Shown one piece after another: positions 30,501-38,535 of a DNA stretch of 64,000 nt; the first letter of the stretch is position 1; the number at the start of each line of letters is the position of its first letter. The position numbers were made by a program, and so were the translations under genes. Origin of the DNA: an uncultured Gammaproteobacteria bacterium (lineage in GTDB: Bacteria; Patescibacteriota; Patescibacteriia; UBA1558; UBA10009); NCBI GenBank assembly GCA_964588165.1, contig CAZPMS010000002.1, positions 105,839 to 169,838 of the forward strand, given 5' to 3'. Below the pieces are notes generated by a model that was given only the letters and a program-made list of their open reading frames with translations, searched no databases and was not told the DNA's origin.

Positions 30501-31051
30501 CAGCTGTAGCCACTTCGCCTACTTCCATTAATATCCAGTGGGAGGATGTTTCAGCTGACTATTACCAATTAGTTGGTAAGGCGGGCAGTTGTAGCGGCGA
30601 TTTTGATCCGGTTGATAGTGATATAATAACCAATGAATATGACCATACTTCTGGTCTTTTTCCGGAAACAACTTATTGTTACCGGGTTAGGTCTTGTAAT
30701 AGCCTAGATCAGTGTTCTGGCTTCACCATGCCTGGCGATCAGGCAACTACACCGGCTATGCCACTGGATCCTCCAAATAATTTAATAGGTAATTGGGTTG
30801 ATTATGATAATTTTACAGGCACCTGGGATGAAGTAGATGGGGCTGATCATTATGTAGCTAGAATACAAAATAAAAGAAACACTAATTGGGGTCCATGGGA
30901 AGCCTTAATAGAGACATTTTATACTAATGCCCAATGGTCCGAGGGTAGCGGCATATATGGTAATACCAATACAGTTAAATTTCAGGTAAAAGCTTGTGAT
31001 ATAAATGATGTTTGTTCAGCCTATATTGAAAGTGATCAATATAGTAGATAA
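21593..31051 (+). CDS. Giant (3152 aa) acidic surface protein: pilin-like N-terminus, Ig/IPT, Cys-rich repeats, CBM-like and FN3 domains
   Basis: Same pilin motif as the upstream gene; VTILGSHFG/VTIFGSGFG IPT motifs; CGD/N...E.CD repeats; YCYRVRSCN FN3. Confidence 0.85.
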   Translation: MNLKPKTKIIFMGLLLLVVAILLVPQLAFAQASLGVEVGADTGLGSRDLKEVIVAVVQIFLGFLGIVAVIVLIYGGYIWMTAGGSPDKVEQGKRIVINVAVGLVVILISFAVVTFIANVISDATGSEPGEPGDPGEPGDPTVESFIVQSIQPRGEQSIRNIVVQIAFNENVDASSLISRPDSVVVAKSNGLGGFDRVNGVLELAAGNPKKVLFTPSTPCPSPNEDLFCFDYDAINPDLNVHQVEVSGDGAASLKSVSGKTVTCTLDSCLAEFSTGPLVDIEDPEVALTEAIDLADQVFILTNGVSLSADELYQLYADATDDGGITGVDFYLDGDYIGFDTPVGDAPLNFTAQIIPDWHTDGLELNQNYYLTSRAYDVAYNETLSDSVRVVIRPAHCFNDVIDPDLGETGLDCGGPCPACEGESCGELVGEICTNPDNNACASGLCDTETCYCVPAPQVSSVDPDNGASGNWVTILGSHFGDEIGTVTIGGETANSPPDILCPSSWQDSQIIIELPELDLGNQQLQVTTSEGLNSNFYDFLINDTERPGICSVAPAEGKFEDSFQVDGIQFGEDYMERDVYFGRPDDPISAFNPSWSLVGDYGRVVADVPNLLKGNTGVRVRVEGESSNVLAFTVLESAHEEVRIDYFTPESGADGQYVTIFGSGFGNYVPGESLVKFSTDKEGSLDFPDECGTNFWTDTQIVVKVPNTEEVGELDDQGPITVITASEDLAVSSQNFLYTPVADVAPGICSLFPQEGTIGSTFSVAGEGFEDSTLYLNDLSFVDAPVNDNYYEDVMVPEGSESGPVKIVKDVLESNTIDFEVTADAPDEPELPSDYYQWQFTTCQDCLVPEVVEIGSCWFSLASPTPLKNSQDNYSDTLISATFNTDMDDSLFELGTTILLAECGDAESPGICNPITVAGDFEFGLSGSDYEYFTLDLDDSLNLNTWYRATLTNLKSNLEQIAMEDDYQWFFKTKTVDSQCDVTDVMVNPAQRIVDALIPENNNPVYLDEQVWYDSLAYNSANCNVCPDVYEWSWSSSQPSQANIDETSIINSSLLSADAYTNLGEHAVITAVAVNATSTPSGTAEVDIVPRNPEIVYHWECTPEPQTPSPWPGTEEACINAKIAVEFDTIMDPATTLNINNISVTYDSGFGWLDISGSLEGLYGTRGDLAGLVGLVFTPDSFMDPDSWHEVILSFDILSAEGGSLTGTNSWQFKTKDSDEVCSITQAIVDPSSTILTAEGATENYTAFGQGESCELVVNPDLNWSWNSEDNQVAAIFASNNDEAVVIANNEGQTYIRAEANGIQNEGNNGLVTVNYGPGPTAFEITENLPVGDDVCLNAQGLVRFNLSLDQESIATENFEVWQEAERLSYCEDNPDINCTSDIDCSGTFSGKCQAEWTVSSSGPRTAIDILPTINDGLWNPGSDYSIRVYGGGLGVISDSGEQLIQEGCPPSMSWSEAGQYCYWDFKTAGEICAIDNIQIEPASAATTVGMIVDWLATPYAQNGNPLSNELDRWRSENVWSPNNLLVADVEATSPNGHQASSLALNVGRALIFAGAPIEAGSEEIIWGSADLQVLEEFNGPEVTDVQPQPGEEDVCRNSLINIGFDQFINPATVSNSTLKAEYLSTEYSEGCYEVDMGGEISFYKNYNNVISKTLASRLFNWFSANILNRLIGPVKAQVTNYMCPVQGTRELVNNLYDSEVKFSPAEAFPANSEINVIVVGGDNGIKGTNGLPLEGDGLDEDGNYSYSFTTRADICTLSMVSVVADEATGESEWVFTTSFDNLDDNDPDDLANFDTIYDGDKKYTASGYSLEGTELFPIEGVYEWVWDWSSSDTNIASLAYAADDISVVSVNNIKTGQSDIVAEAVFPNWYNQPNLPGSGLAIVNLCENPWPAVVSEQPEQFIDDDFNFGLSYCRDAGGLGTEDDLPALNVIDFVENSHLPTDPAEDELLKEYLIPVPTTGDLIGLRIYENSFHLSPSDWYKKNIAVQGFPNSTLVDGYKAIVDGRTTYVAASDVESLTEEDPLAYMLPSKGSIISRVVNNIWQGLKEFINNSLFTVKAAEGEDEESEGGYKVTGIEGGYTDIFLLSYNQGARPETLEIVNQLIERWNFNTNVDNPKIKEKIIRDVERLSHLNSIAGSLDQYQLSHEGTFPALEAGTFLKTMSTSKWPSWNETLGSELGTILPFDPTNKFGACIDCQEPELINPGFEDDPDSLVGWANVGVVTMEVNTDPDYVREGSQSAFVISPVVPEDGIKSSNIPVITNTTYEYSAWVYVEHPNRVQIRNLSYPRSGNEWFTPPDYTGWFQLKDRFTTSDVSPVRIQIVSYGGPATFWVDEVYIGTSNGNCGYDLETCWNPEANFGTGAFACDADSYFYRYQGEIDLDSEVTNYTLAAKLETTTNWYPNNIGDNYYLDPHLVISTNNVLGCDANIFAGFCGDSIVQEPIEQCEPGNSYYLCSTDILWYTPAGSGPYGCFPAGDPNQCNWYSPLLDSDDECYGLSSSQCCGGYCGDSVLNTAAGGYLLIDDEECELGVGGYGDGTAEDEQYSCSGSCQDVGGWCGDGSIQTGYGEECDGSTSGWDCLASLVNPTCNTCEVECSEGNPYQGTCGNNTREAIEICDGTDNGYPNSTCIEYCSDVECVGSWQACDGNRLDYNGCETDTDNDPNNCGTCLNNCPGPVGGNGYAECESGGCTIVCDPGYDLVGDECVLVAICGNDIIEGGEVCDDGANNGNFGYCNATCDGIEGLGDALFYDNFEDWNFTTSNWEEGYNYNGPGGGEIWSRSLPGGGINYKLKSEINNVAPNFPRDFRVTNANANNLLNVDILVMIDFSYSADDDAVLFARHNGQNHYMDQEYYALWNDHNSEIQIIRVGPDGYHDEDLASTFPLTSGIYWLQFKVFDVGGNIRLQARWWPEGTEMPAAWNFDIIDSSENKITTSGQVGVAGWMNSTFYFDNFQVYDADVVAEPVPDEPAYISAVATSPTSINIQWEDVSADYYQLVGKAGSCSGDFDPVDSDIITNEYDHTSGLFPETTYCYRVRSCNSLDQCSGFTMPGDQATTPAMPLDPPNNLIGNWVDYDNFTGTWDEVDGADHYVARIQNKRNTNWGPWEALIETFYTNAQWSEGSGIYGNTNTVKFQVKACDINDVCSAYIESDQYSR

Positions 31052-31073
31052 GTTAATAATTAATTAAAAATAT

Positions 31074-31925
31074 ATGTTTGAAGACAAGCAAAATTCTAAT
31101 AACACTTCTACCGATGATTTAGGTTCAAGTAATTTGCCCAAATCATTTCCTAATCAGCAACCTTCAGCTTCGCCAGTAGATTTGCCTTTATCCAATCAGC
31201 CACCGGTTAAACCTAAGCCGGGCAGAGAAGTGCCAGGTGCTGAAGATATGTTTGCCGATACTGAAAAAGCAGAAACCATTCCACAGCCTGTAGCTGAACC
31301 AACAGTTATGCCGGAACCCCCTCTTGCTCAAAGTCCTCAAGCTCAACAGGAACCTCAAGCTGTAGCCGCGCCACCGGAGCCTTTATCAGAACTGCCGGAT
31401 GATTTAGAAGAAGAGGGCGGGGGCAGCAGGAAATTTTTCTGGATTGGTTTGTTTGCCCTGATAGTTATTTTAGGCGGCGGAGGCTGGTTTGCCTACAGCC
31501 AATTTTTTAAATCGGAATTGCCAGTAGATTTGCCTAATGTTAATTTAGGAGATCTTTCACCTACTAATTTAAATCAAGAGTTTGAAGACCAAATAGTAAA
31601 TTTGAATTTAAACAAAAATACTAATCAGCCAGAAGAATCTTTAGAGCCGGAAATAAACCAGAATAAAAATGTTAATCAGGCAACTGAGTTAGATTCCGAT
31701 AAAGATGGCCTAACTGATGCCGAAGAGGATTCATACGGAACTGATCCAAACGAACCGGATAGTGATGGCGATGGGCTTTATGATAGGGAAGAAGTAATAG
31801 TATACGAAACCAACCCTTTAAATCCGGATACTGACGGCGATGGCTATTTAGACGGCAATGAAGTTGAAAACGGTTATGACCCCAAAGGCCCAGGCAGATT
31901 ATTGGAATTAAATTTTGATGAATAA
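31074..31925 (+). CDS. Membrane-anchored protein with DxDxDG Ca-binding repeats
   Basis: Pro-rich N-terminus, one TM, DSDKDGLTDAEE / DSDGDGL / DTDGDGY. Confidence 0.8.
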   Translation: MFEDKQNSNNTSTDDLGSSNLPKSFPNQQPSASPVDLPLSNQPPVKPKPGREVPGAEDMFADTEKAETIPQPVAEPTVMPEPPLAQSPQAQQEPQAVAAPPEPLSELPDDLEEEGGGSRKFFWIGLFALIVILGGGGWFAYSQFFKSELPVDLPNVNLGDLSPTNLNQEFEDQIVNLNLNKNTNQPEESLEPEINQNKNVNQATELDSDKDGLTDAEEDSYGTDPNEPDSDGDGLYDREEVIVYETNPLNPDTDGDGYLDGNEVENGYDPKGPGRLLELNFDE

Positions 31926-31977
31926 TCCAATTATTAAATTTATATTATTAGAAGTTTAGTGATATAATAAATTAACT

Positions 31978-33276
31978 ATGTTTACTCCACCAGAAAGCAA
32001 AGAACAAGTAAGTGAGCAGAATATGCCTCCAAAAGAAGGAGCGGTTACTGCAGAAGTTTCTTCTGAAGATATTCATACTATGCCTAATAGATTTTTAAAA
32101 CCTTCCGTGCCCAAAAAGAAGGGCCGTTTAAATTGGTTAATTTTAGGAACAGTAATAGTTGTGGCGCTGGGAGGAGTAATTGCAGTGGTAGTTGTGTTTT
32201 TAGGCAGGCAAACAGAACAACCTACTATAAATTTAGATATAAACCAGCCCATAGTAAACCAAAATACCAATCAGGAGCCTGTCAACCAGAATTTAAATAC
32301 TAACCAAAACCAAAATTCTAATGTTAACCAGAGTCCGGATACTGCCAGTGCCAGAGATATAAAAAAATTAGAAGATGCCACAGCCATAAGGTCAGCCTTA
32401 TCTTTATATTATAAAACCTATGAAGTTTTTCCAACCACTTTATCCAGTTTATTAGAGAATTATTTAATTGATTTGCCTCAAGATCCTTTAACAGAAGAAA
32501 GTTATATTTATTTTGCAGATAGTGGCCAGCAAAATTATCAATTATATATTTCCTTAGAAGAAAATTCAGAATGGGGGATTATGGTATTGCCTCAAGGAGA
32601 TTATTATTTTTCTGCTGAAGGTATTTTTCCGGATGATGTGAACCAAAATTCAAATATAAATAATAATACAAATAATTCTGTGCCCATTCCTCCTCCGCCG
32701 GTGGTAATAACTCCAAGCATGGGTTTGGATAGCGACGGCGACCAACTAACAGATATTGAAGAAAATATTTATCAAACCAATGCCACTTTAGCCGATACAG
32801 ATGGCGACGGCTATACAGATGCAACTGAGATATTAAATTTTTATGATCCTTTGGATCCAGAAGGGCGTTTGATAAATTCCGGTTTAACAGACCTTTACCA
32901 AAATCCTGATTATAACTATTCAGTAGTTTATCCCGCAGCCTGGGTTGTTAGGTCATTAACTGTAGATAGCAGCGAAATAATTTTTACATCTAATACCGGC
33001 GAATTTATTGAGATCATTATTCAAGAAAATCCTTTAAGCCTTTCAGCCCTAAATTGGTATCTGTCACAAAACCCCACGATAGACAGCACTACTTTAGAAA
33101 CTTTGGTTATAGATGGCTTTCCGGCAGTGCAGACTAAAGACGGTTTAACCACTTATTTATCTGTTGGTTCAAATATTTATATTATCGCTTACAATATTGG
33201 CGCCCAGCAACAGATGTATTTTTATACTACCTATCAGCTTTTACTGCGAAGCTTTATGTTTATTGAATTAGAGTAA
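31978..33276 (+). CDS. Membrane-anchored protein with pseudopilin-like domain, DxDxDG repeats and PsbP-like C-terminus
   Basis: TM, ARDIKKLEDATAIRSALSLYY...LPQDP, DSDGDQL, YNYSVVYPAAW. Confidence 0.75.
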   Translation: MFTPPESKEQVSEQNMPPKEGAVTAEVSSEDIHTMPNRFLKPSVPKKKGRLNWLILGTVIVVALGGVIAVVVVFLGRQTEQPTINLDINQPIVNQNTNQEPVNQNLNTNQNQNSNVNQSPDTASARDIKKLEDATAIRSALSLYYKTYEVFPTTLSSLLENYLIDLPQDPLTEESYIYFADSGQQNYQLYISLEENSEWGIMVLPQGDYYFSAEGIFPDDVNQNSNINNNTNNSVPIPPPPVVITPSMGLDSDGDQLTDIEENIYQTNATLADTDGDGYTDATEILNFYDPLDPEGRLINSGLTDLYQNPDYNYSVVYPAAWVVRSLTVDSSEIIFTSNTGEFIEIIIQENPLSLSALNWYLSQNPTIDSTTLETLVIDGFPAVQTKDGLTTYLSVGSNIYIIAYNIGAQQQMYFYTTYQLLLRSFMFIELE

Positions 33277-33288
33277 AATATCGTAGAT

Positions 33289-33681
33289 ATGTTTAAAGTT
33301 GAAATTAATTATAAAATAAGAACGCCTCAAAAATATGAGGCGCTTTTTGAAGTTATTGTTAAAAAAACAGCTAAACATTTAAAATTAAAAAGTTTAGATG
33401 TTTCCGTAGCTTTCATAGGCCCAATGGAAATGAAGAAATTAAATAAAAGATACAGGGGTTTGGATAAAATAACCGATGTTTTGTCATTTGAGGAAGTAAG
33501 TGAGGTTGTAATTTGTTTGGCCCAGGCTAAAAAACAGGCTAAGAGCCAAAAAAAATCAATCAAGGAAGAGGTAGCCTTTTTATTTTTGCATGGCTTATTG
33601 CATATATTGGGTTTTGACCATAAAAATAAGTTACAGAAAATAAAGATGGAAAAATCGGCCGAAAAAATTTTAAAAAATTAA
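33289..33681 (+). CDS. ybeY: rRNA maturation RNase YbeY
   Basis: LNKRYRG, TDVLSF, HGLLHILGFDH. Confidence 0.95.
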   Translation: MFKVEINYKIRTPQKYEALFEVIVKKTAKHLKLKSLDVSVAFIGPMEMKKLNKRYRGLDKITDVLSFEEVSEVVICLAQAKKQAKSQKKSIKEEVAFLFLHGLLHILGFDHKNKLQKIKMEKSAEKILKN

Positions 33682-33888
33682 AATAAACAATAAAAAAGCT
33701 TCGTTAATTACTGTATATAAAGTGAACATATTTTTTGTTCAAAGTGTGGATTGCCAAAAAATTCTTTTCTTATTATAATAAAGGTTAGTAGATACCTAAA
33801 ATGGTTGATAGGTAATCAATTTTAAATAACATCCTATCAATTGTTTTAACTATCTATTTTATTACCCAATTTAAACTAATTTTAAAAC

Positions 33889-35136
33889 ATGCTGCAATTA
33901 GAAACTAAAACAGGCCTTGATATCGGTTCCAATAATATTAGAGTAGTTACCTTGCAACATCAGCCCGATGAAACCTGGCAAATTATTGGAGCAGCCGAGC
34001 GTCAGGCAGAAGGCATGGCCAAAGGCATGGTAACCAATATAGAAGATTTGGTTTCTTCCATATCCGAAGTTTTGGAACAGTCAGAAAGAATGACAGGCAC
34101 GCCGATTGAAAGCAGTGTGGTGGGTATTTCTGGAACTCATATAAAAACCTTAGAATCAAACGGAGTGGTAGCGGTAGCCAAGGCCGATAAAGAAATAACT
34201 GAAGAAGATGTAGCCAGAGCAATTGAAGCTGCCCAAGCTGTGGCCACTCCGGCAAATTATGAAATTTTGCATGTTATCCCTAAAGATTTTACAGTAGATA
34301 ATCAATCCGGCATAAAAGATCCAGTAGGCATGACAGGCGTACGTTTAGAAGTGGCCACTCAGATAATTATCGGCCTATCTTCCCAGATTAAAAATTTAAC
34401 TAAATGTATTTATCGTGCCGGAATAGATGTTGATGATTTGGTTTTTAGTATTTTAGCCTGCAGTGAAAGCACTTTAACCAAACAACAGAAAGAGCTTGGC
34501 GTGGCCTTGGTTAATATTGGCAGCCAGACAACTAATTTAATAGTTTACGAAGAAGGCGAAGTTTTACATACAGCAGTTTTGCCGGTTGGCTCTAACCATA
34601 TTACGGCCGATATTGCCATCGGCCTTAGGACTTCTATAGAAACAGCAGAGGCCGTTAAATTAGAAGTAGTCCAGTTAAATTCTAAAAAAGTAAGTAAGCG
34701 CGATGAGATAGACTTGGCTAAATTTTCATCTACCGAAAAAGAAAGGACCATGGTTTCCCTAAAACATATTTGTGATATTGCCACAGCCAGGGTAGAAGAA
34801 ATTTTTGTTTTAGTAGATAAAGAATTAAAAAAGATTAACCGTTCCGGTTTGTTGCCCTCAGGAGTTGTTTTAACGGGCGGCGGTTCTAAGCTGCCTGGTT
34901 TGTTAGAACTGGCTAAAGATAAGTTTAAGCTGCCAGCCTTTGAAGGCAAGCCACTTGGAACAGAAGAAAGCCCGGTTGATAAAGTAACAGATTCAGCTTA
35001 TACGGTGGCCTTGGGATTGGCTATTTGGGGTACCCAGGGAATAGTTCAAAAAGGTAGATTACATTTACCAAAATTTTCTTCAGTGGATGAAGTTGTAGGC
35101 AAAATGAAAGACTGGTTTAAATCATTATTACCTTAA
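33889..35136 (+). CDS. ftsA: Cell division protein FtsA
   Basis: GLDIGS, PVGMTGVRLE, VLTGGGSKL; upstream of ftsZ. Confidence 0.97.
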   Translation: MLQLETKTGLDIGSNNIRVVTLQHQPDETWQIIGAAERQAEGMAKGMVTNIEDLVSSISEVLEQSERMTGTPIESSVVGISGTHIKTLESNGVVAVAKADKEITEEDVARAIEAAQAVATPANYEILHVIPKDFTVDNQSGIKDPVGMTGVRLEVATQIIIGLSSQIKNLTKCIYRAGIDVDDLVFSILACSESTLTKQQKELGVALVNIGSQTTNLIVYEEGEVLHTAVLPVGSNHITADIAIGLRTSIETAEAVKLEVVQLNSKKVSKRDEIDLAKFSSTEKERTMVSLKHICDIATARVEEIFVLVDKELKKINRSGLLPSGVVLTGGGSKLPGLLELAKDKFKLPAFEGKPLGTEESPVDKVTDSAYTVALGLAIWGTQGIVQKGRLHLPKFSSVDEVVGKMKDWFKSLLP

Positions 35137-35213
35137 TTGGCAATCGGTAACTGGTAATCAGTAACTGGGAACCTGTTTTAAAATAATTACCAGTTACCGA
35201 TTACTAATTACTA
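35136..35213. repeat. Heptamer-repeat inverted element (empty four-helix-bundle-type flank)
   Basis: (G/C)TAA(C/T)(T/C)G repeats mirrored by TTACCAG/TTACCGA/TTACTAA. Confidence 0.65.
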
Positions 35214-35221
35214 AAAAAATT

Positions 35222-36418
35222 ATGGCTAGATCAAAACCAATAGAAATAAAACCCGAATTAGAGACATTTGCCAAAATAAAAGTTTTAGGTATCGGCGGTT
35301 CAGGAGGATCGGCTATTAATAGGATGATTAAGTCCAAAATCAGAGGCGTTGAATTTGTGGCTATTAATACCGATGCACAGGCTTTAAACAATAATTCTGC
35401 TTCAAAAAAAGTCCATATAGGTAAAGAAACTACCAGAGGTTTGGGAGCCGGCATGGATCCAGAATTAGGCGCCCAATCAGCAGAAGAAAATGAAGAAGAT
35501 ATTAGAAAAGCCATAGAAGGAACCGATATGGTTTTTATTACTTGTGGTTTAGGGGGTGGAACAGGTTCTGGGGCGGCGCCTATTATTGCTGATCTGGCAA
35601 AAGAAGCCGGCACTTTAACGGTAGCTGTCGTTACTAAGCCTTTTAGTTTTGAAGGAGCCCAGCGCAAAACTATTTCCGAAAGAGGGCTAGAAAATTTAAT
35701 TGATAAAGTAGATACTATAATTACCATACCTAACGATAGGCTGTTACAAGTGATTGATAAAAAGACTTCTTTATTGGATGCCTTTGCCATTGTGGACGAA
35801 GTTTTAAAACAAGGCGTACAAGGAATTTCTGAGATAATCACTATCCCCGGATTGGTTAATGTAGACTTTGCTGATGTTAAGTCAATCATGAAGGATGCCG
35901 GTTCAGCTTTAATGGGCATAGGCAGGTCTAATGGAGAAAACCGGGCCGTAGAAGCTGCCAGGTCTGCTATAGATAGTCCGCTTTTAGAACTTTCTATAAA
36001 GGGCGCCAAAGGTGTGTTATTCACAGTGGCCGGCGGTAAAGATTTATCTATGCACGAAGTTAATGAAGCGGCAGAAGTTATAACTTCTTCCATAGATAGC
36101 AATGCCAAAGTAATTTTTGGAGCAGTAGTGGACGAAGATCTAGGAGACGAAGTGAAGATAACAGTTATTGCAACCGGTTTTAGCCAACAGCCAGCCAGAG
36201 AATCTGAATCCGAAAGAATAGTAAGCGAAGAGAAGGTTTTTTCACCAATTCCGGCCGATAATAAAGCGGAAGAAAGACAAAGCTCTTTAGCAAAATCAAT
36301 TTTTTCTAAAAAAGGAAAAACTGTTCAGCCTGATAAAGTAGAGTTGCCTCCAAAATCAAAAGAGGAGGAAGAACTGGAGATCCCCGCCTTTATCCGTAAA
36401 AAAATGGGAAAAAAGTAG
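35222..36418 (+). CDS. ftsZ: Cell division protein FtsZ
   Basis: GGGTGSG tubulin motif, NVDFADV, C-terminal EIPAFIRKK. Confidence 0.99.
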   Translation: MARSKPIEIKPELETFAKIKVLGIGGSGGSAINRMIKSKIRGVEFVAINTDAQALNNNSASKKVHIGKETTRGLGAGMDPELGAQSAEENEEDIRKAIEGTDMVFITCGLGGGTGSGAAPIIADLAKEAGTLTVAVVTKPFSFEGAQRKTISERGLENLIDKVDTIITIPNDRLLQVIDKKTSLLDAFAIVDEVLKQGVQGISEIITIPGLVNVDFADVKSIMKDAGSALMGIGRSNGENRAVEAARSAIDSPLLELSIKGAKGVLFTVAGGKDLSMHEVNEAAEVITSSIDSNAKVIFGAVVDEDLGDEVKITVIATGFSQQPARESESERIVSEEKVFSPIPADNKAEERQSSLAKSIFSKKGKTVQPDKVELPPKSKEEEELEIPAFIRKKMGKK

Positions 36419-36504
36419 ATAATAATTAAAAAATAATGAATGATGATTGATTAGTTTATTTTATTAATCATAAGTCATTAATTATTAATCATCATTTATA
36501 AATT

Positions 36505-36984
36505 ATGAGGTGTCCTGTTTGTTTAGCATTTGATACTAAAGTTAATGATTCCAGATTAACCGAAGACGGTTTAATGGTTAAAAGGCGCAGGGAGTGCCAG
36601 AAATGCAATTTTAGATTTTCTACCTATGAACAAATAGAGATACTTAATTTATTTATAATAAAAAGAGACGGCAAAAAGGAACCTTATTTGCGGGAAAAGC
36701 TGGAGCAGGGTTTAAAAAAATCTTTGGAAAAAAGGTCATATACTCAGGATAAATTTAAAAAATTGGTAAATACCATAGAGCGCGATATTCAAAAAAGAAA
36801 AAAGGATGAAATAACCAGCCAGCAGCTTGGTGAGATAGTCATGAAAAAACTAAGAGTTTTTGATAAAGTGGCTTATATAAGATTTGCCTCAGTTTATAGG
36901 GCCTTTGAAGACGTTAAAACTTTCCAAAAAGAACTCAACAGTTTGTTAAAGATAAAATCAACTAAAGGCCAAGGGAAAAAGTAA
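36505..36984 (+). CDS. nrdR: Transcriptional repressor NrdR
   Basis: MRCPVC, RRRECQKC..RFSTYE, ATP cone, VAYIRFASVY. Confidence 0.97.
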   Translation: MRCPVCLAFDTKVNDSRLTEDGLMVKRRRECQKCNFRFSTYEQIEILNLFIIKRDGKKEPYLREKLEQGLKKSLEKRSYTQDKFKKLVNTIERDIQKRKKDEITSQQLGEIVMKKLRVFDKVAYIRFASVYRAFEDVKTFQKELNSLLKIKSTKGQGKK

Positions 36985-37461
36985 ATGTTAGAACATTTTA
37001 ACAGATCCACCAGAATAATTATTGGAGTAGCTTTGGCTATTTTAATTTGGATTACTGGTATTATTATTGGTCAGGAACAGACTATTACTATTTTAAATCC
37101 TGAGGGTGGTTTTAAAGGTATTATTTCCGGAACTAAAACCATAACAGTAAGCTTAATGTTGGATTATGGCAATGGCAATGTTAATGTTTTTTCTGATGTT
37201 CCATTAAATTATGGAGAATCCGTTATGAGGCTTTTAAGCAAAGCGGATCATCTGGAAAATAATGAATTAAACTTTAAATATCAATTCAGCCAAGCTACGG
37301 GCCAATTAGAAAGTTTTTCCATTTTAGGATATAACAACCAATCAGCTGGCAAACAGTGGCTTGCCTGGGTAAACAATGGTTTGCAAACAAAAAATATAAA
37401 CGAAATTCAACTTAAGGCAGGAGATATTGTAGAACTTAAATATATAAGGTTAAAGAATTAA
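36985..37461 (+). CDS. DUF4430-like membrane-anchored protein
   Basis: TM then WLAWVNN...LKAGDIVELKY. Confidence 0.6.
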   Translation: MLEHFNRSTRIIIGVALAILIWITGIIIGQEQTITILNPEGGFKGIISGTKTITVSLMLDYGNGNVNVFSDVPLNYGESVMRLLSKADHLENNELNFKYQFSQATGQLESFSILGYNNQSAGKQWLAWVNNGLQTKNINEIQLKAGDIVELKYIRLKN

Positions 37462-37467
37462 AATATT

Positions 37468-37830
37468 ATGACCAATTATCAAGGCGCTCCCATGGAAGAA
37501 CAGGTGAAAAAGCTTTTGGAAGAAAATTTAGCCTATTCTAAAGAAATTCATCAACTGGCTAAGAAAACTAAAACTTATATTATGTGGGGCAGGATAATGA
37601 GCTTTATAAGTTTATTATTTATTATCGTGCCTATTATTTTGGGTGTAATATATTTACCTTCAATTTTAAACAATACTTTAAGTAAAATTTTACCTACTGG
37701 TTTAAATCCCAGTGGCGTAGAAGGTTTGCTTCAGGGATCTAATTTAAGTCCGGAAGAATTACAACATGCGATTGGCAATCAAGGGAGTGTTTTGGATTCA
37801 TATAAAAACATCCTTGATATTTATAAATAA
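37468..37830 (+). CDS. Hypothetical membrane protein
   Basis: LLEENL coiled coil and one TM. Confidence 0.7.
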   Translation: MTNYQGAPMEEQVKKLLEENLAYSKEIHQLAKKTKTYIMWGRIMSFISLLFIIVPIILGVIYLPSILNNTLSKILPTGLNPSGVEGLLQGSNLSPEELQHAIGNQGSVLDSYKNILDIYK

Positions 37831-37921
37831 TTTTAGATAAAAATTAAAACTTACTTTGGTAAGTTTTTTTAAATAAAAAAAGCCTGCGAGCAGACTTTTA
37901 GGGGTATTGAAGGTGTTTCCA

Positions 37922-38119
37922 TCAACAGTATGTTTCTACTACCACATCGGGTAGTAGATTAAGCTGACGAATCTGTTCAGAGGATAAAATATCTCCACTG
38001 ATTTCGTAAGATCCAATTTGAAGTGTTTCCCAGCCCGGAATAATTCCCGAAACGTTTATTGGGCGAGTGGGAACTAAAATCCGGCATTTTCTTTGAGTTA
38101 GTGCTAACGTCAAGCTCAT
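37922..38119 (-). CDS. Small hypothetical protein, 65 aa
   Basis: GTGAGG SD before ATG at 38119; hairpin terminator at 37875-37900. Confidence 0.55.
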   Translation of the reverse strand: MSLTLALTQRKCRILVPTRPINVSGIIPGWETLQIGSYEISGDILSSEQIRQLNLLPDVVVETYC

Positions 38120-38235
38120 GTTAACCTCACAAGTAAAGGACAATTTTTTTCATCTAATAAAAATAGGTTATAATTTATTCTTGATTTTGTCAATTACAAA
38201 TAAAAACGGTTTCTTTAGAAAAGAAACCGCGCTGA

Positions 38236-38448
38236 TTATTCCTGGATAGTGATTCCATCTTGCTCTCTTAGCCAGCATTCAGCCAGTCCAATATTGGTAT
38301 CGGGTATAACTAGCCAGGGATGAGAATTATCTAAAGGGCTGTCAATTCTTTCAACTCTGTGTTTTCCGGGTTGCAGATTCTGGTGGGCTGGCTCGCCATT
38401 TTTATTGCCATCTCGGAGTGGAAGAACTTTGCTAGTGATTAAAATCAT
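38236..38448 (-). CDS. Small hypothetical protein, 70 aa
   Basis: AGGAGGG SD, TTGACA promoter upstream, terminator at 38202-38230. Confidence 0.65.
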   Translation of the reverse strand: MILITSKVLPLRDGNKNGEPAHQNLQPGKHRVERIDSPLDNSHPWLVIPDTNIGLAECWLREQDGITIQE

Positions 38449-38535
38449 CTTACCCTCCTGCTTTTTACTTGAACTTACTTCACAATATCAACTTACTATT
38501 TTAGTGATAATTTGTCAATTTATAGTTAAAATTAT

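Noticed and set aside
35194-36108. 304-aa antisense ORF over ftsZ, and similar shadow ORFs over pyk, der, hisS, fusA and the giant gene
   Set aside because: They lie opposite well-supported genes and show no recognisable motifs; codon-bias artefacts.
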